Below, one piece after another: positions 1-11,334 of a stretch of DNA of 64,000 nucleotides. Below the pieces are notes generated by a model, which ran no database searches, was not told the origin of the DNA, and worked only from the letters and a program-made list of their open reading frames with translations. Position numbers and translations under genes: made by a program. The DNA comes from Tubulanus polymorphus (taxonomy: Eukaryota; Animalia; Nemertea), in assembly GCF_964204645.1 (NCBI RefSeq), contig NC_134027.1:15780485-15844484 (forward strand). The letters run 5' to 3'. Each line of letters begins with the position of its first letter. The stretch's first letter is position 1.

Positions 1-1795
1 CGTATCTGTTATGATCAAATCTAGGCGGCACTAGCGATGTCACTAATTTAGTCTCCGGAAATTTGTTTTTGATTTCATTGACAAGATCAATATAACGGTC
101 CACACACTTATCGGCACTATTTGTGTTACGGATATCATTGGTCCCTACATGAAGGACAATACACGACGGATTTTCACTGATATCCCTGACAGCGCTAGAT
201 ACTTCATTTATTGTGTACGCTGTTAGTTTCTCGACATCACACGAATCGTTAACAAAACGGTCAGGATCAATGAGCTTCGTATTAGAATCACCTATGATAA
301 CCACTCGTCCACGCTCACGACGACTACGAGTGCTGCGGCTACGCTTGTCGCCATGGTGAGATGTTCGTCGACTTCGTTTATGGACGACTTCGAATGACGC
401 ATGACGATCACTAGTTTCCGGACAGTCGTATACGCTTTCATCACTGGGACTATCGGTAGTCAGTGGGTTACGGTGAGAATGGGCATCCGGACTGCGCGAC
501 TCATTCAAGTTCTCTACGTTCGATTTTTCACGCGAGACCCTTTCCTGCAGGTCTTTCACCTCGTTTCTCAAATCATTGTCATCATTAGATTTCTGTAGGA
601 TGTCTTTTATCCTGCAGGCGTTCCTGTCGACAACTTTTTTCAGGTGGTCGACGCCCTTTTCCAAGTTCGGTAGCGGCATTGACAGTTCAGAGATACGGTC
701 GATTCGTATGATCGCGTCATCAATTTTAGTATGTATGGATTTTAGTTGAGGAGTCTGTACGCATTGGTTCACTTGTTGAGTTAGGGTGACTATGGAAGCC
801 TGTAGTGACTTAAACATATCCAGAATCTCGGCACCATCTAGTATTGTAGAGCTGGAGTCAGTCTGGCAGGCAGCATTAGCAGAGAAGTCGTGGATTTCCA
901 CAGACGTACTGCCATCTTTAAATGACTTCATATCGGCAGGTTCGGAAGTTTGGGCGTCATCGGCTTTTCGAACCAGGTTAGACGGGTTACATAGCGGGCA
1001 GATGTAGATCTCATGTATGTCGGACGTTATCCGGGCCATGTCTTGTTTCGTGAGGCCAGTACATATATTATGCGTCCAACTTTCACATAAAGAGCATTGA
1101 ACCATCTGTCTGTTATCTGGGTTTTGGCAAACGGTGCAACTAGACTTTTGAGGAAGTTTTTTGGGTCCATTCTGGGGCGACTGGTGGCCTAACTGGCTCT
1201 GTTTGGGTTTATTCAGTTTTTCCAACATTTTCGGGAAGGTGTCACTCACCCAGAGTAGGTACGAGTTCCCTTGGATATGCAGCTTGGGAGTCTTTTTCGT
1301 TGACCCTCTATACAGAGTTGCGTAAATGGTACCCAATTCGTTGTTCTGGCTGTCAGTATACATTCCAGTAAACTGAAGACCGTGATCCCCGCGGTCTATC
1401 GGATTACCATAGCTAGCACGGAGTACCTCGAGGATCGACTTCGCTTTTTCTTTGCATAGCTCTATTACCACTGACTGTGTTTTCTCACTTATCACAACCT
1501 TGCGGCTTAACAAACCTAGTTCATCATCAGATGAGTTTACCGTAGTTCTGCTGCTGGATCTCCTCTCAGATTTCTGGCCTTGCTGGAGTATATGGTCTCT
1601 CAGTTGGGTGTACGCAGAGTTTAGTTTCTGGAACGAGGTGGTGGCATCAGATCTGTTGCACTTATCAGGGTGTATTTCTTTAGCAATGGAGATGTATTTG
1701 ATCCTAACATCATCAAGGCTTGAGGGCAGCTTATCGAGTTCTAAGATTTCGAGAAGTTCCGCGATGTTACTTCCGGGTTCCATGGGCGCCGCCAT
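1..1795 (-). CDS. Intact ORF1-like protein of a probable non-LTR retrotransposon: N-terminal J-domain (HPD), PHD finger, coiled coil, SGNH/GDSL esterase-like domain; runs off the window
   Basis: Manual translation from ATG 1795 has no stop down to position 1. J-domain: LLEILELDKLPSSLDDVRIKYISIAKEIHPDKCNRSDATTSFQKLNSAYTQL (HPD 1672-1664). C4HC3 PHD: CTVC..CSLCESWTHNIC..CPLC (1138-989). SGNH blocks I and III: VIIGDSN (292-284) and VLHVGTNDI (151-134). PHD plus esterase is the known ORF1 layout of CR1/L2/RTEX LINEs. Confidence 0.85.
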   Translation of the reverse strand, partial: MAAPMEPGSNIAELLEILELDKLPSSLDDVRIKYISIAKEIHPDKCNRSDATTSFQKLNSAYTQLRDHILQQGQKSERRSSSRTTVNSSDDELGLLSRKVVISEKTQSVVIELCKEKAKSILEVLRASYGNPIDRGDHGLQFTGMYTDSQNNELGTIYATLYRGSTKKTPKLHIQGNSYLLWVSDTFPKMLEKLNKPKQSQLGHQSPQNGPKKLPQKSSCTVCQNPDNRQMVQCSLCESWTHNICTGLTKQDMARITSDIHEIYICPLCNPSNLVRKADDAQTSEPADMKSFKDGSTSVEIHDFSANAACQTDSSSTILDGAEILDMFKSLQASIVTLTQQVNQCVQTPQLKSIHTKIDDAIIRIDRISELSMPLPNLEKGVDHLKKVVDRNACRIKDILQKSNDDNDLRNEVKDLQERVSREKSNVENLNESRSPDAHSHRNPLTTDSPSDESVYDCPETSDRHASFEVVHKRSRRTSHHGDKRSRSTRSRRERGRVVIIGDSNTKLIDPDRFVNDSCDVEKLTAYTINEVSSAVRDISENPSCIVLHVGTNDIRNTNSADKCVDRYIDLVNEIKNKFPETKLVTSLVPPRFDHNRY

Positions 1796-3004
1796 ATTGG
1801 AATTTTTATGCAATCCCGATGGAAAAGTTTCACAATAAATTTCACACATGAATTTACGACGATCGACGAATATTACAGACCAGAACGTTGCTCGGTTTTC
1901 TTATCTTTCTATAGCACATAGCCTTTTCTGCCTACGTTGGGGTAAACAGCATTAAATTGTAATTTTCTCCGGACACGTAGTTTGTTGTGATCACACGTGT
2001 GTAATTTCTCAGCGCGAAGGGGGTGGGGCGCAGCGAGAAAGCTAGATTTTCAAAGAAATGAGTGCACGCGACGGCCGTGACCACTTGTTAGTGACGTCAT
2101 CAAGAATGATGGCTCCGAGGATCGCCACATCACAGGTTACTGTGAATAAATGGAATTCGACCATTCAAAACTTCAAAATGTACTTTCTTGTTTTGTAAAA
2201 CAAGTTTATTCATGTCGTTATATAAAGCATTTTGTTTGAAACATTCTTTAATAATGTTTGTTGAGTTTAAAGCCAATTGTCGTTGTGTAATTCGATACTA
2301 GTCACTGACATCAAAGTTTTAGTTTCTGTTCACATGTTTCGACTTATAAATATACAACTTGTATGTTCTATCTTTTAATACAGGCCATGTGATTAATTGC
2401 GTATCACTCCATTAGTTTAAAAAGAGAGCACATATTTCGATATTGTTAAATAATTAACTACATTTTTTTCTGTCACACGTTGATTTTTACCCATCACCTA
2501 TACAATTCAAATGTACGTGATGTATTCTGTAAGCTATGTAAGCTTGTTCTTAAAAATACAATATGAATTTTCAATTTGTACTGACCATAATAGTTTATTT
2601 TTCGTAAATAAAATTTATATTTTAATTAAATAATTTCAAAATCTTTTCTATGCCCTCTGCAACAGAAAGTTACTAAGGACTATTACATATTCAGATGTAC
2701 GTTGATAATTGATTTCAATCCTCCCTTCAAATAATTGAACATTATTTCGGAAGATGCAGGTGGCGCACAATCATAATACATACAACTCATCAAGCTGACG
2801 AGTCGTTTCCGTAACCGATGTTACAGACGGGTAACCAATCTACTCGACTCCGCAGACAATAAACGACCCGAGTAACCTCCAATTTGACTATAACTATAAA
2901 TTATGTTATGTTAAACCGCATTGGTGTGACTTGACACGTCAAATGCGTATCCCGTATTGATATATTTCTATTATCCACTTTTCAAACTATGAATAGCACG
3001 CCTG

Positions 3005-3042
3005 CTCAGAAAACCCGTTATCGCTGCTTTGCAGCTATATTT
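3005..3042 (+). mobile_element. 3' end of a Helentron-type (HINE) element, family D
   Basis: CAGAAAACCCGTTATCGCTGCTTTGCAGCTATATTT: subTIR, hairpin and T-run; nearly identical ends at ~5190-5225, ~11296-11333 and (reverse) ~37197-37233. Confidence 0.6.
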
Positions 3043-3046
3043 ATTA

Positions 3047-5225
3047 TTATTAGGGTTTTCTGTTACATCACAGAAAACCCTATTGAGAAAACCCTATTGA
3101 GATTCGCGTGTTTCTTATTATTATTATTTTATGTCACACTATTTTCACTAAAAGAACTAAGGTTTTGTTACCTTGCCGCTGTTGTCGATACAATCCGTAT
3201 GATATCGTTCAGCTCACTGAGATCTACAAATACTCCGCGTGTTTTTTCACGAATCATCGTTACAAAAGCACTGTCGGGCTGTAAACATCGATAATTTAGC
3301 CCCATTCAATGGGGCGACATGTTTTTCGAGTCGTCATCCCGAAATCAACCCGCAGGCCGATTGTCACTTCGATTATCAATTCAAGTATAAATGAACTAAT
3401 TTATTGCCGCAGATTTCACATTCAGCCGCGGTCTTCAAACAGTAATTTTAACAATAGCCCATCTTGATATTCGGAGTAAGCATTCGCTGTGGGGGAAAGG
3501 AGATCGTTCGCTGTGTCGCTTGAAGTGTTTATCGAGTTTTACGCGACCTTAAGGCTTTAGGCCAACCGGTACTGACATTTACTGTCTCAAACAAACACAG
3601 TATAATTGTTGCGTTTATTAACGGACTCATTGGATTGAACTTCAAAACAAAATTAACGATATTTAGGAGGGTTGTTATTCAATAGGCCTACGACCAATCT
3701 GTCCGGATGTTAGGCCTACGCATATACATAGGCCTACATAGGCTAGTAGCCTCTGCTAGGTTAATGCTAAGTTCACTGTAAAGGAGGAATCAGATTTATT
3801 AAAATGCATGTTAATTAGTGATTAACTGGCTCTGGCTTGCAACGATCAATCACAATTATCAATTTTATTGCCAAAAATAAAGATTTTTTTGAAAATTTCG
3901 TATGAGCAGACAGCTTTATAAGCCAGACTTTTCATTTGAGTTTTTTCATCATAAATGAAACTGGTATTTCATTAATTCCTAATGACTTAAGCCGGGCGTA
4001 GGTCGGCCTTGCGACGGCTTGTGACTCACTGCGACGCCATTCACTGCGACTGCCAGTGACAATTGTGTCGCAACGACTCATCGACCTACGCTCCCTTGCG
4101 ATGGGTTGCGACTGTCAGCAACGTCAGTCACAAGGAGTCGCACGTGTTCTACTTACTAGGACGCTACACGACTGTCACAATCGACCTACGCGCTCTTGCG
4201 ACTGGCAGAAACTAGTCGCACACAGTCGCTGACAATCGTATCGCAACCGACTTGCACAGAAACTTGCGATGCAACGCGAGGATCGCATCGCGTCTCAAGG
4301 CCGACCTACGTCCGGCTTTAAGTTACTGCGGAGCCCCAGAAATATCTTTTTTTCGTTCAAAAGACCTTTCGCTTGAAAATTCTTTCGTCGGAACAAAATT
4401 TATTTCGTTCGAACCAATAATATTCTGTTCGATTGAACCAATTTGAAAAAATCGTTAGAACAGAGTTGAAGAAACTTTTTTTGTCCAAACGAATGGTTTT
4501 TCGTTTAAACAATCGTTCGATCGATCAGAATCATTTTCATTTGAACAGAATTTTCTTGTCAGAACATTAAGTTTTTCGTTCGAACAAGTATATTGTAAAA
4601 AGCTTTTTTTCCGAACAAAAGTATCAAGTATTTCGTTCAATCGAACAGAATTGTTTTCATTCAAACATTCGTTTGAAAAAATTGTTTTTGCTCAATCAAA
4701 TTTTTTTGCCGGGACAAAAAAAATTTTCATTTCAACAATAACATAGCTTTTTATTCGACCGCACTTTTTTGTCAGAATGAAGAAAAGTTTTGGTTCAAAC
4801 AGAAAGCGTATTGTTCGATCAAACAGAATTGTTTTCATTCGAACAAGATTTTCTTGTCGGAACATTAATGGTCAAACAACGTGTTAAGGTCGTTTTGGAA
4901 ATTTACTCGGTCTGGTATATTTTGGATTACTGTGTATGTCATTTGTCAGGACATTAAACAGAAGACGACTTAGGATACTACCTTGCGTGACTCCACTAGT
5001 TAGACCGTCTCATTCCAAGATGAGGCGTTCCGTTGATTTCGGTTACAAGTTTCCGTTCAGAGATAACTGCTGAGCCGTTTGGGCGACCTATCATTGATAC
5101 TGTTTCCTAATAGCCTGTTTAGTAATGGCTGATGAGCCTTATCAAATGCTTTGTTGAAATCCACCGTTGAACAGGATTCTAAGACTGTGCAGAAAACCCG
5201 TAATCGCTGCTTTGCAGCTATATTT
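3047..5225 (+). mobile_element. Non-autonomous Helentron-type element (HINE), family D copy 1
   Basis: 5' palindrome AGGGTTTTCTG..CAGAAAACCCT, (ATT)n microsatellite, degenerate TTCGAA-rich internal repeats (~4340-4860), 3' subTIR CAGAAAACCCG plus hairpin GCTGCTTTGCAGC. Colinear reverse copy at 37197-39546. Confidence 0.75.
3990..4317. mobile_element. PIF/Harbinger-like MITE nested in HINE D copy 1
   Basis: TIR AGCCGG(G/A)CGTAGGTCGGCCTT at both ends; TTA on both flanks (3987-3989, 4318-4320). Confidence 0.75.
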
Positions 5226-5460
5226 TTATTTGTGTTCTGTCTACTTAATTGCGGAAATCCGATGTATTTGCAGTACTGGGAACAATAAAGTATTGAATAA
5301 AGTAACAATTAAGTATATTTGATGAGTATCAATAAAGTATATTTGAACTTGAATTTGAGCCCACTAGGTGGTGGTATTGGAGGACACCAGATGGTTCGAT
5401 CGACTTAATATGCTCCAGCGCCGTGGCGCTGTCGCAAAAAGGTAGAAAGTTTCTAATGTC

Positions 5461-8400
5461 CGATTACGATTACGATTACGATTACGATTTATTTACACTC
5501 CAACCATTTCCATGGTATATGGAGGAAAACTATTACACATGTATATACAAATATTTACAAAACAACACTAAAGTGATTAAAATTTAGAGAATGAAAACGT
5601 AACGAAATATATATATACATCAACTATTTACAATACTATATATACTATTATATACATCAACTATTTACAATACTATATATACTATTGGAGGGATCTATAT
5701 ACATCTAAGCCGGTCTTAATGAATTTAGCTAAGTTGACCGTTGGGTTTTTCAGAATATCAAGGGTATTAAAGGTATTCAAATTCAAAAAGTTTTTGCGTT
5801 GTTCGTTAAGTAAGGTACAGTCAAACAGAAAATGGGATTCGTCACCTAAAGTATTACAAGTGGGGCATATTCTATCGGCTCTGTCTAAATGAAGGTTTGA
5901 AAATTTGTTCACAGGTAAAATATAGGACCCGACCCTAAATTCAAATAAACTAGTTCCTAAGTCATCACCAAGTTCTATTATATACTTCTCTAACCTAATA
6001 TCATTTTTATATTGCCTAAAGTTAGTGTATATCGGATTAGTATTTATGGCAGATACAGTTTCTTGAAGGTGCTGGTCACGGAGTATCTGTTTTATTCGTT
6101 TTGAAAAAGATTTACTGTTAGTCATGAATTGCTGCGTCCAAATGCAGGACAAACCACAGTCATCAAACGTTTTCTTTATATATGATAACCAAGGGCTCTT
6201 AAATTTATCCCTTAAAAATAAATTGAAAGATATTTTATAGAGTATTGAATTAAGTTTGGTTTGCTTTCCAGATACTGTTTTCACCCAAAAGTTAATCATC
6301 CTGCGTCTAACATCTATATTCAAAGGGTAACGTCCTAGCTCTGATAAAACTTGTAAGTTGCGAGAATATTTCGTCACTTTCATTAAGATTTTACAGAAGA
6401 AGCAATGAATATTTTCTAATAAATCAAGATTTTCATATCCCCAGATCTCACACCCATACATGGCTATTGGAGCAACACACGTATCAAATAATTTAAACAT
6501 AACATCTATGGGCAATTTCAAACGTCTGCCTTTTTGAACGATCGAAAACATAGCTCTGATAGCTTTATCGTAAAGATACTTTTTTGCCTTAGCAAAGTTA
6601 CCATTCCAATTGAATTTTACTCCGAGATAAACATAATCTTCAACTACCTCTAACTCTTGATCACCAAACATAAATTTCGAAATCGTTTTTATCCGGGATT
6701 TACTTCGCGCAAATACTAGTACTTTAGTTTTCTCTGGGTTAACAGTGAGACCATTAGCCGCGCAATATTCAAATAAGGTATCTAAGTGTAGCTGAAGAGA
6801 TTTCTCATCCTCAGCAAGAATAACTGTATCATCTACGTATAGTATTATGAATAAATTCAGTAAAGTATCAATATCCTGATCACGATTCAAATTTAGTTTT
6901 TCTATAAATGACAAAGTCGGTTTTCCACGATCAATGAAAAATTCTTCAATGTCTTTTAAGAATAACGAAAAGAGGATAGGTGAGAGATTTTCGCCTTGTC
7001 TTAAGCCTCTATCAGCTGCAAAGTATTGTGACGTGCAACCATTTAATTCAACACATGATTTTATGGAGTTATACATATTTTTGACCACATTGAAAAAGTT
7101 TCCATTAACATTGTTAGCAATTAATTTTCGCCATAACTTTACCCTACAAATCGAGTCGAAAGCTTTCTTAAAATCAACAAAGGCGCAAAAAAGTCTTCTT
7201 CCCTGACAAAGATACAGCTCTACGATTGTTTTAAGCGTGTAAATATGATCAATGGTGGAATATTTCGATCTAAAGCCAGCCTGGGCTTCACTTATAATGT
7301 GATTCGTATCTAGAAATGTTGACAATCTTTGATTTAGGATACTTGTAAATAATTTACCAAGACAGCTAACTAAGGTAATACCTCTATAATTATCAGGATT
7401 AGAGGGATCGCCATTCTTTTTGAAAATGGGTTTGATGACGCCTATAGACCACATCTCTGGAACATATCCTGTTTTAAGAACTAAATTGAATAATTTTTGT
7501 AATATATCAACTAAAAACGGATACTGACTAACTCCCAGCAGCTCATTCGTGATTCCATCAATGCCTGGGGCCTTATTGTTTTTGAGTAAAGAGATAGCCT
7601 TAATTACCTCATCACTGGTTATATCACTGTTCAAAATATAATTGTCATAGACAGGATGGTCACCCACGTCTGGGGGCTCATCACCGTCATCGGTTTCATT
7701 GTTAACATTATTCAAATCATTTAATCTCATAAAATGTTCAAGAAAAATATCAATATCTATATTAGCCTCATTATTTTTTGTTCCGCTCGCAGAGTTTAGC
7801 ATCGACCAATACTTTTTTGGGTTATTAATTTCGCATTCTCTCAATTCCTTAATAAATTCATCCTTTTGTTTCTTCTTATTTTCTCGGATGACCTTTTTAT
7901 AGTTTTTAGACGAGTTCTTAAGGGATTCAAAATTGGAAAGGGTAGGGCAACCCCTATATCTTTTTTTCATATAATTATATTTCTTCTGTGCATCTCTACA
8001 GTCCCTGCCAAACCATCTGTTGCGGACCGGTTTTTTGCAGTTATTACTTTTCCTACTTTTTCTATGGTACATCAAATTACACTCAACAGCACTTGATAAT
8101 AAAGAAGATACAAATCTATCGGTAAGTCCATTAATGTCATCTGGCGATTGATTTCCTAGATCTTGCAACCCGTCCAACAGTAACTTATCTAAATCATTAT
8201 CTCGTAATCTTGATTCTACATTCAGGAAAAATTGATTTGATCTAGTACTGACCCACCTAATTGAAGTTTTAAAGTTCGCGTGTTCATTACCCCTTTCATT
8301 ATCGCTAGCAATGGTGTCCCTAGAATTCGTATACACGCACAGATTAATAGGATTATGTCCATCAGATAATAATGGGTCAAAAGGCATTATTTCAAAGTCC

Positions 8401-8525
8401 TCAACATAACCAAACAGTTCTAAATCACACACAAAATAATCGATGACACTAGTGTTCCTAAAAGTATAATTACCTGTCTGATCATTGCCACATCTGCCAT
8501 TGAGGATAATTAGTGAATGGTACCG
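5461..8525 (-). mobile_element. 5'-truncated non-LTR retrotransposon (RTEX/L2/CR1-like)
   Basis: Long RT ORF, short 3'UTR with a ~37-bp tandem duplication (~5612-5686), AATAAA, and a (TCGTAA)n tail at 5461-5490 on the minus strand. Confidence 0.9.
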
Positions 8526-8558
8526 ATCGACAGTACCGGTAGCGCCGCTTCTTAGCAA
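5682..8558 (-). CDS. LINE ORF2: C-terminal end of AP endonuclease, reverse transcriptase, C-terminal CCHC motif
   Basis: SVIDYF..SDH (EN end); KAPGIDG, NYRGITL, QAGFR, FVDFKKAFD, QGENLSPILF, LYVDD, YLGV (RT); RICPTC..DESHFLFDC. The first ~13 codons are probably flanking sequence. Confidence 0.92.
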   Translation of the reverse strand: MLRSGATGTVDRYHSLIILNGRCGNDQTGNYTFRNTSVIDYFVCDLELFGYVEDFEIMPFDPLLSDGHNPINLCVYTNSRDTIASDNERGNEHANFKTSIRWVSTRSNQFFLNVESRLRDNDLDKLLLDGLQDLGNQSPDDINGLTDRFVSSLLSSAVECNLMYHRKSRKSNNCKKPVRNRWFGRDCRDAQKKYNYMKKRYRGCPTLSNFESLKNSSKNYKKVIRENKKKQKDEFIKELRECEINNPKKYWSMLNSASGTKNNEANIDIDIFLEHFMRLNDLNNVNNETDDGDEPPDVGDHPVYDNYILNSDITSDEVIKAISLLKNNKAPGIDGITNELLGVSQYPFLVDILQKLFNLVLKTGYVPEMWSIGVIKPIFKKNGDPSNPDNYRGITLVSCLGKLFTSILNQRLSTFLDTNHIISEAQAGFRSKYSTIDHIYTLKTIVELYLCQGRRLFCAFVDFKKAFDSICRVKLWRKLIANNVNGNFFNVVKNMYNSIKSCVELNGCTSQYFAADRGLRQGENLSPILFSLFLKDIEEFFIDRGKPTLSFIEKLNLNRDQDIDTLLNLFIILYVDDTVILAEDEKSLQLHLDTLFEYCAANGLTVNPEKTKVLVFARSKSRIKTISKFMFGDQELEVVEDYVYLGVKFNWNGNFAKAKKYLYDKAIRAMFSIVQKGRRLKLPIDVMFKLFDTCVAPIAMYGCEIWGYENLDLLENIHCFFCKILMKVTKYSRNLQVLSELGRYPLNIDVRRRMINFWVKTVSGKQTKLNSILYKISFNLFLRDKFKSPWLSYIKKTFDDCGLSCIWTQQFMTNSKSFSKRIKQILRDQHLQETVSAINTNPIYTNFRQYKNDIRLEKYIIELGDDLGTSLFEFRVGSYILPVNKFSNLHLDRADRICPTCNTLGDESHFLFDCTLLNEQRKNFLNLNTFNTLDILKNPTVNLAKFIKTGLDVYRSLQ

Positions 8559-9779
8559 TAATAAGAACTAATGTTATTGACGATGTTTTGTTAAGCGGAA
8601 AGACGCCGAGTACCAGTATATAACCGATAGGTTCGAATCCCCAATTTCTTCGGGATGTTTTGATTTTAAAATAGCGATCGTTTTAATAGATTTGGTGTAC
8701 CTTATTAAACTTACCCACCGGCACCACACCTGCCGGATGTGAAACAGGGGACGTCCTATTCCAATGACGCTAAAGATTTAGTGTGAATTTTATGGTACTG
8801 TACGGCGGTATGAATTAAATTCAGTTTAGACTGAGAGTAAAGTTTTTTAAGGCAAACTCTAATGGGCTAACTGCACATCGTCGAAAGACTTCTCATCCAT
8901 CGATACTTGATAAAAATGAAATAAAACATCTAGTTCCAATTATCTCATGTAAGCATAACATTTATTTTGAAAATCTCAACCATACATCAAAACATTTTAA
9001 AGCCTTCTATATCAAATGCAATCTTTTGCTAACATAAACAATAGACAAATGGCCATATCTCTATCATATTAATTATATCACGAATGCTAAATATTGCGAT
9101 ATTGATTGAAATCGTTCAACCAACAAATGAATTTAGTAAACATAATATCATCACAAACCATTCATATCCTTGGCAAAGGACTTATAAGCTTTTAGAATAT
9201 CCAAACAGGAAAACTTTAGTCTCATTTCTATGCGAGTAGAAATACATAATCATTATAACATCCATATCTTTGCATTATATATAACATCCATATCTTTGCA
9301 TTATATATATGTTTATAATGTCATACCTCTTAATAATAATCAATCCACTAATTAAATTAATAATACTAATTTATTTATATTATAGGCTAGGCTATTTGTA
9401 AAACAAATTTTATCCACCCTGCAGTTACGTTCTGTAGCACAGTGGGTAAATAAATGGACTACAACTGGATTTTTTTTTTCGTTTGGTTTCGAATCCCAAT
9501 ATTGCAAGTCTGAGCGTCAACATACATACGGCTAACCTGTAGAAATCACCGTACAGTCACGTACAGGTAACAACAGCGTTTTAAGTACTGGGTATTAAGT
9601 GAGTACGACAAGCCTACCATGCCTATGTACTACAAACACAACTTTTTCCCTCTCGTCGGCCCTACAGTGATGTTACTATAACTGGTGCAATTATAACATG
9701 GATAGGATTTGGCCAGGACTAGCCTAAAGTCTAATTCAGTCTATGTACTAATTCACTCGATAGGCCTATTTTTAAAACA

Positions 9780-9943
9780 GGGATCATTCATTTATTACGT
9801 ACGCATAAAATTTGAATTTTTCAACCCCCCTCCCCCTCTGTACGCAAAATCTGCCATTTTTTCATGTACATTAAGCATTACAGTACGTAATTGCCCTGAC
9901 CCCTCCCCCTCCCCTAATGCGTACGTAATAAATGAATGATCCC
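9780..9943. mobile_element. Harbinger-like MITE, 164 bp
   Basis: Perfect TIR GGGATCATTCATTTATTACGTACGCAT; 3-bp ACA on both flanks. Confidence 0.8.
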
Positions 9944-11295
9944 ACAATAGTGAAGTATTCACACGCAGAATAGCTAATTGATTTGAGCCATGTGATTAAA
10001 TTTGGCCAGGCCTTCTCTGACCTGCTGACATTAATAGTCAATGTGGTCACGGCTTGTGTACCAGAAATCATTGTAGGCCTGTACATTTTGCTGTTCGTAG
10101 GTTAGGTATACCGATTTCTCCATTCTTGACTGATAAGTGTACAGTATAGCGTACGCATTATACAATTGTTCCAATGGGAATAGGGCCTATTGATTGGGCT
10201 TATTATTTCCTGCTTTAGAATACTGAAATAAGCCCAACGTTCATTCAAATATCCAACATCGGTGAAAGTTTGATTACTGTATACATGTACTGTAGGTTTT
10301 CATGTTGTATGAATATTTTGCAGTTCAAATGGGTATGATGCTGATTCCAATGTCGAATGCAATGTCGACCGATGTTGCACCATAGAAGATCTGATTCTTT
10401 CAACTCAAGGAAAGTGATTCAACACGATCGACATAACACTGGAATAGGTTTGCAGTTACTAACGGTTCATTTCATTTAGTCCTATGTACTTTTTAGCCAA
10501 TTTGGATTTGATTGTAATTGAAACTCTGGAACAAAAGACAAGTTGAAAAAACACAAGTTATGCTTGATTCTCATGTTCAAATTTAATTCAAATTTATTTT
10601 ATTACATCATATTTACAAAGCATATCATTGGTTCATACAGATATAAAAATTAGGACAGAACAAATATTATTACAGAATTTCCAAAAAGGCAATGAATTTC
10701 TATAACTAAATGAACATTATTTTTCTAATAACTCAGATCAAGAGTGACTTTCCCGTTTATTAGGAAACACACGCAACTAGTGGAATAGGTTTGATTTACA
10801 CACATGTTGCAGGTATCAATTCTTTATCACTATAGAATTTGTAATCCATAAAAGCCAAAATCAACATCAGCCGGAAACCCAGACCAAATCAATTCATAAT
10901 CTATTGATTGAATCTACACTACAATATATGTATTTATTCAAATATTTCAATAAAAACATTAACTTCTTAAATCTATTCTAAATCATAATACGTTCTTATC
11001 TGTAAATTCACTCAATCGATCGACTCAGCAGGTGCTTAAGATGAGTTGTTAATAGGACAGATCCATTTTTAAGCATGGTGATAATACAGTATCATGATGT
11101 TTGAATGCCAAAATAAATGCCTGGTCAAATAAATTCATATTTGTTGATTGTATGTCCGCGTATGTTCGGTTTCAAAGCTGAATCATATTTGACGTTAACA
11201 CAGTGTTTGCATATTAGGTTCGAATCTGTCAATGCATTTTATTTTATGAATCGGTATTTCAATTTACTACAATTCCCATCATTCTGAATGGCTTT

Positions 11296-11333
11296 GCAGA
11301 AAACCCGTCATCGCTGCTTAGCAGCTATATTTT
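11296..11333 (+). mobile_element. 3' end of HINE family D, truncating the polB fragment
   Basis: GCAGAAAACCCGTCATCGCTGCTTAGCAGCTATATTTT directly abuts the end of the polB-like reading frame. Confidence 0.6.
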
Positions 11334-11334
11334 A

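Noticed and set aside
401-1838. Plus-strand ORFs 401-598, 786-1007 and 1452-1838
   Set aside because: Antisense shadows of the long minus-strand ORF; no motifs.
1-8558. ORF1 (1-1795) and ORF2 (5682-8558) as one LINE
   Set aside because: On the minus strand ORF2 and its 3' tail come before ORF1, so they are separate insertions.
8590-9500. tRNA genes at ~8595-8645 and ~9432-9497
   Set aside because: Only A/B-box-like remnants with no cloverleaf; at most SINE relics.
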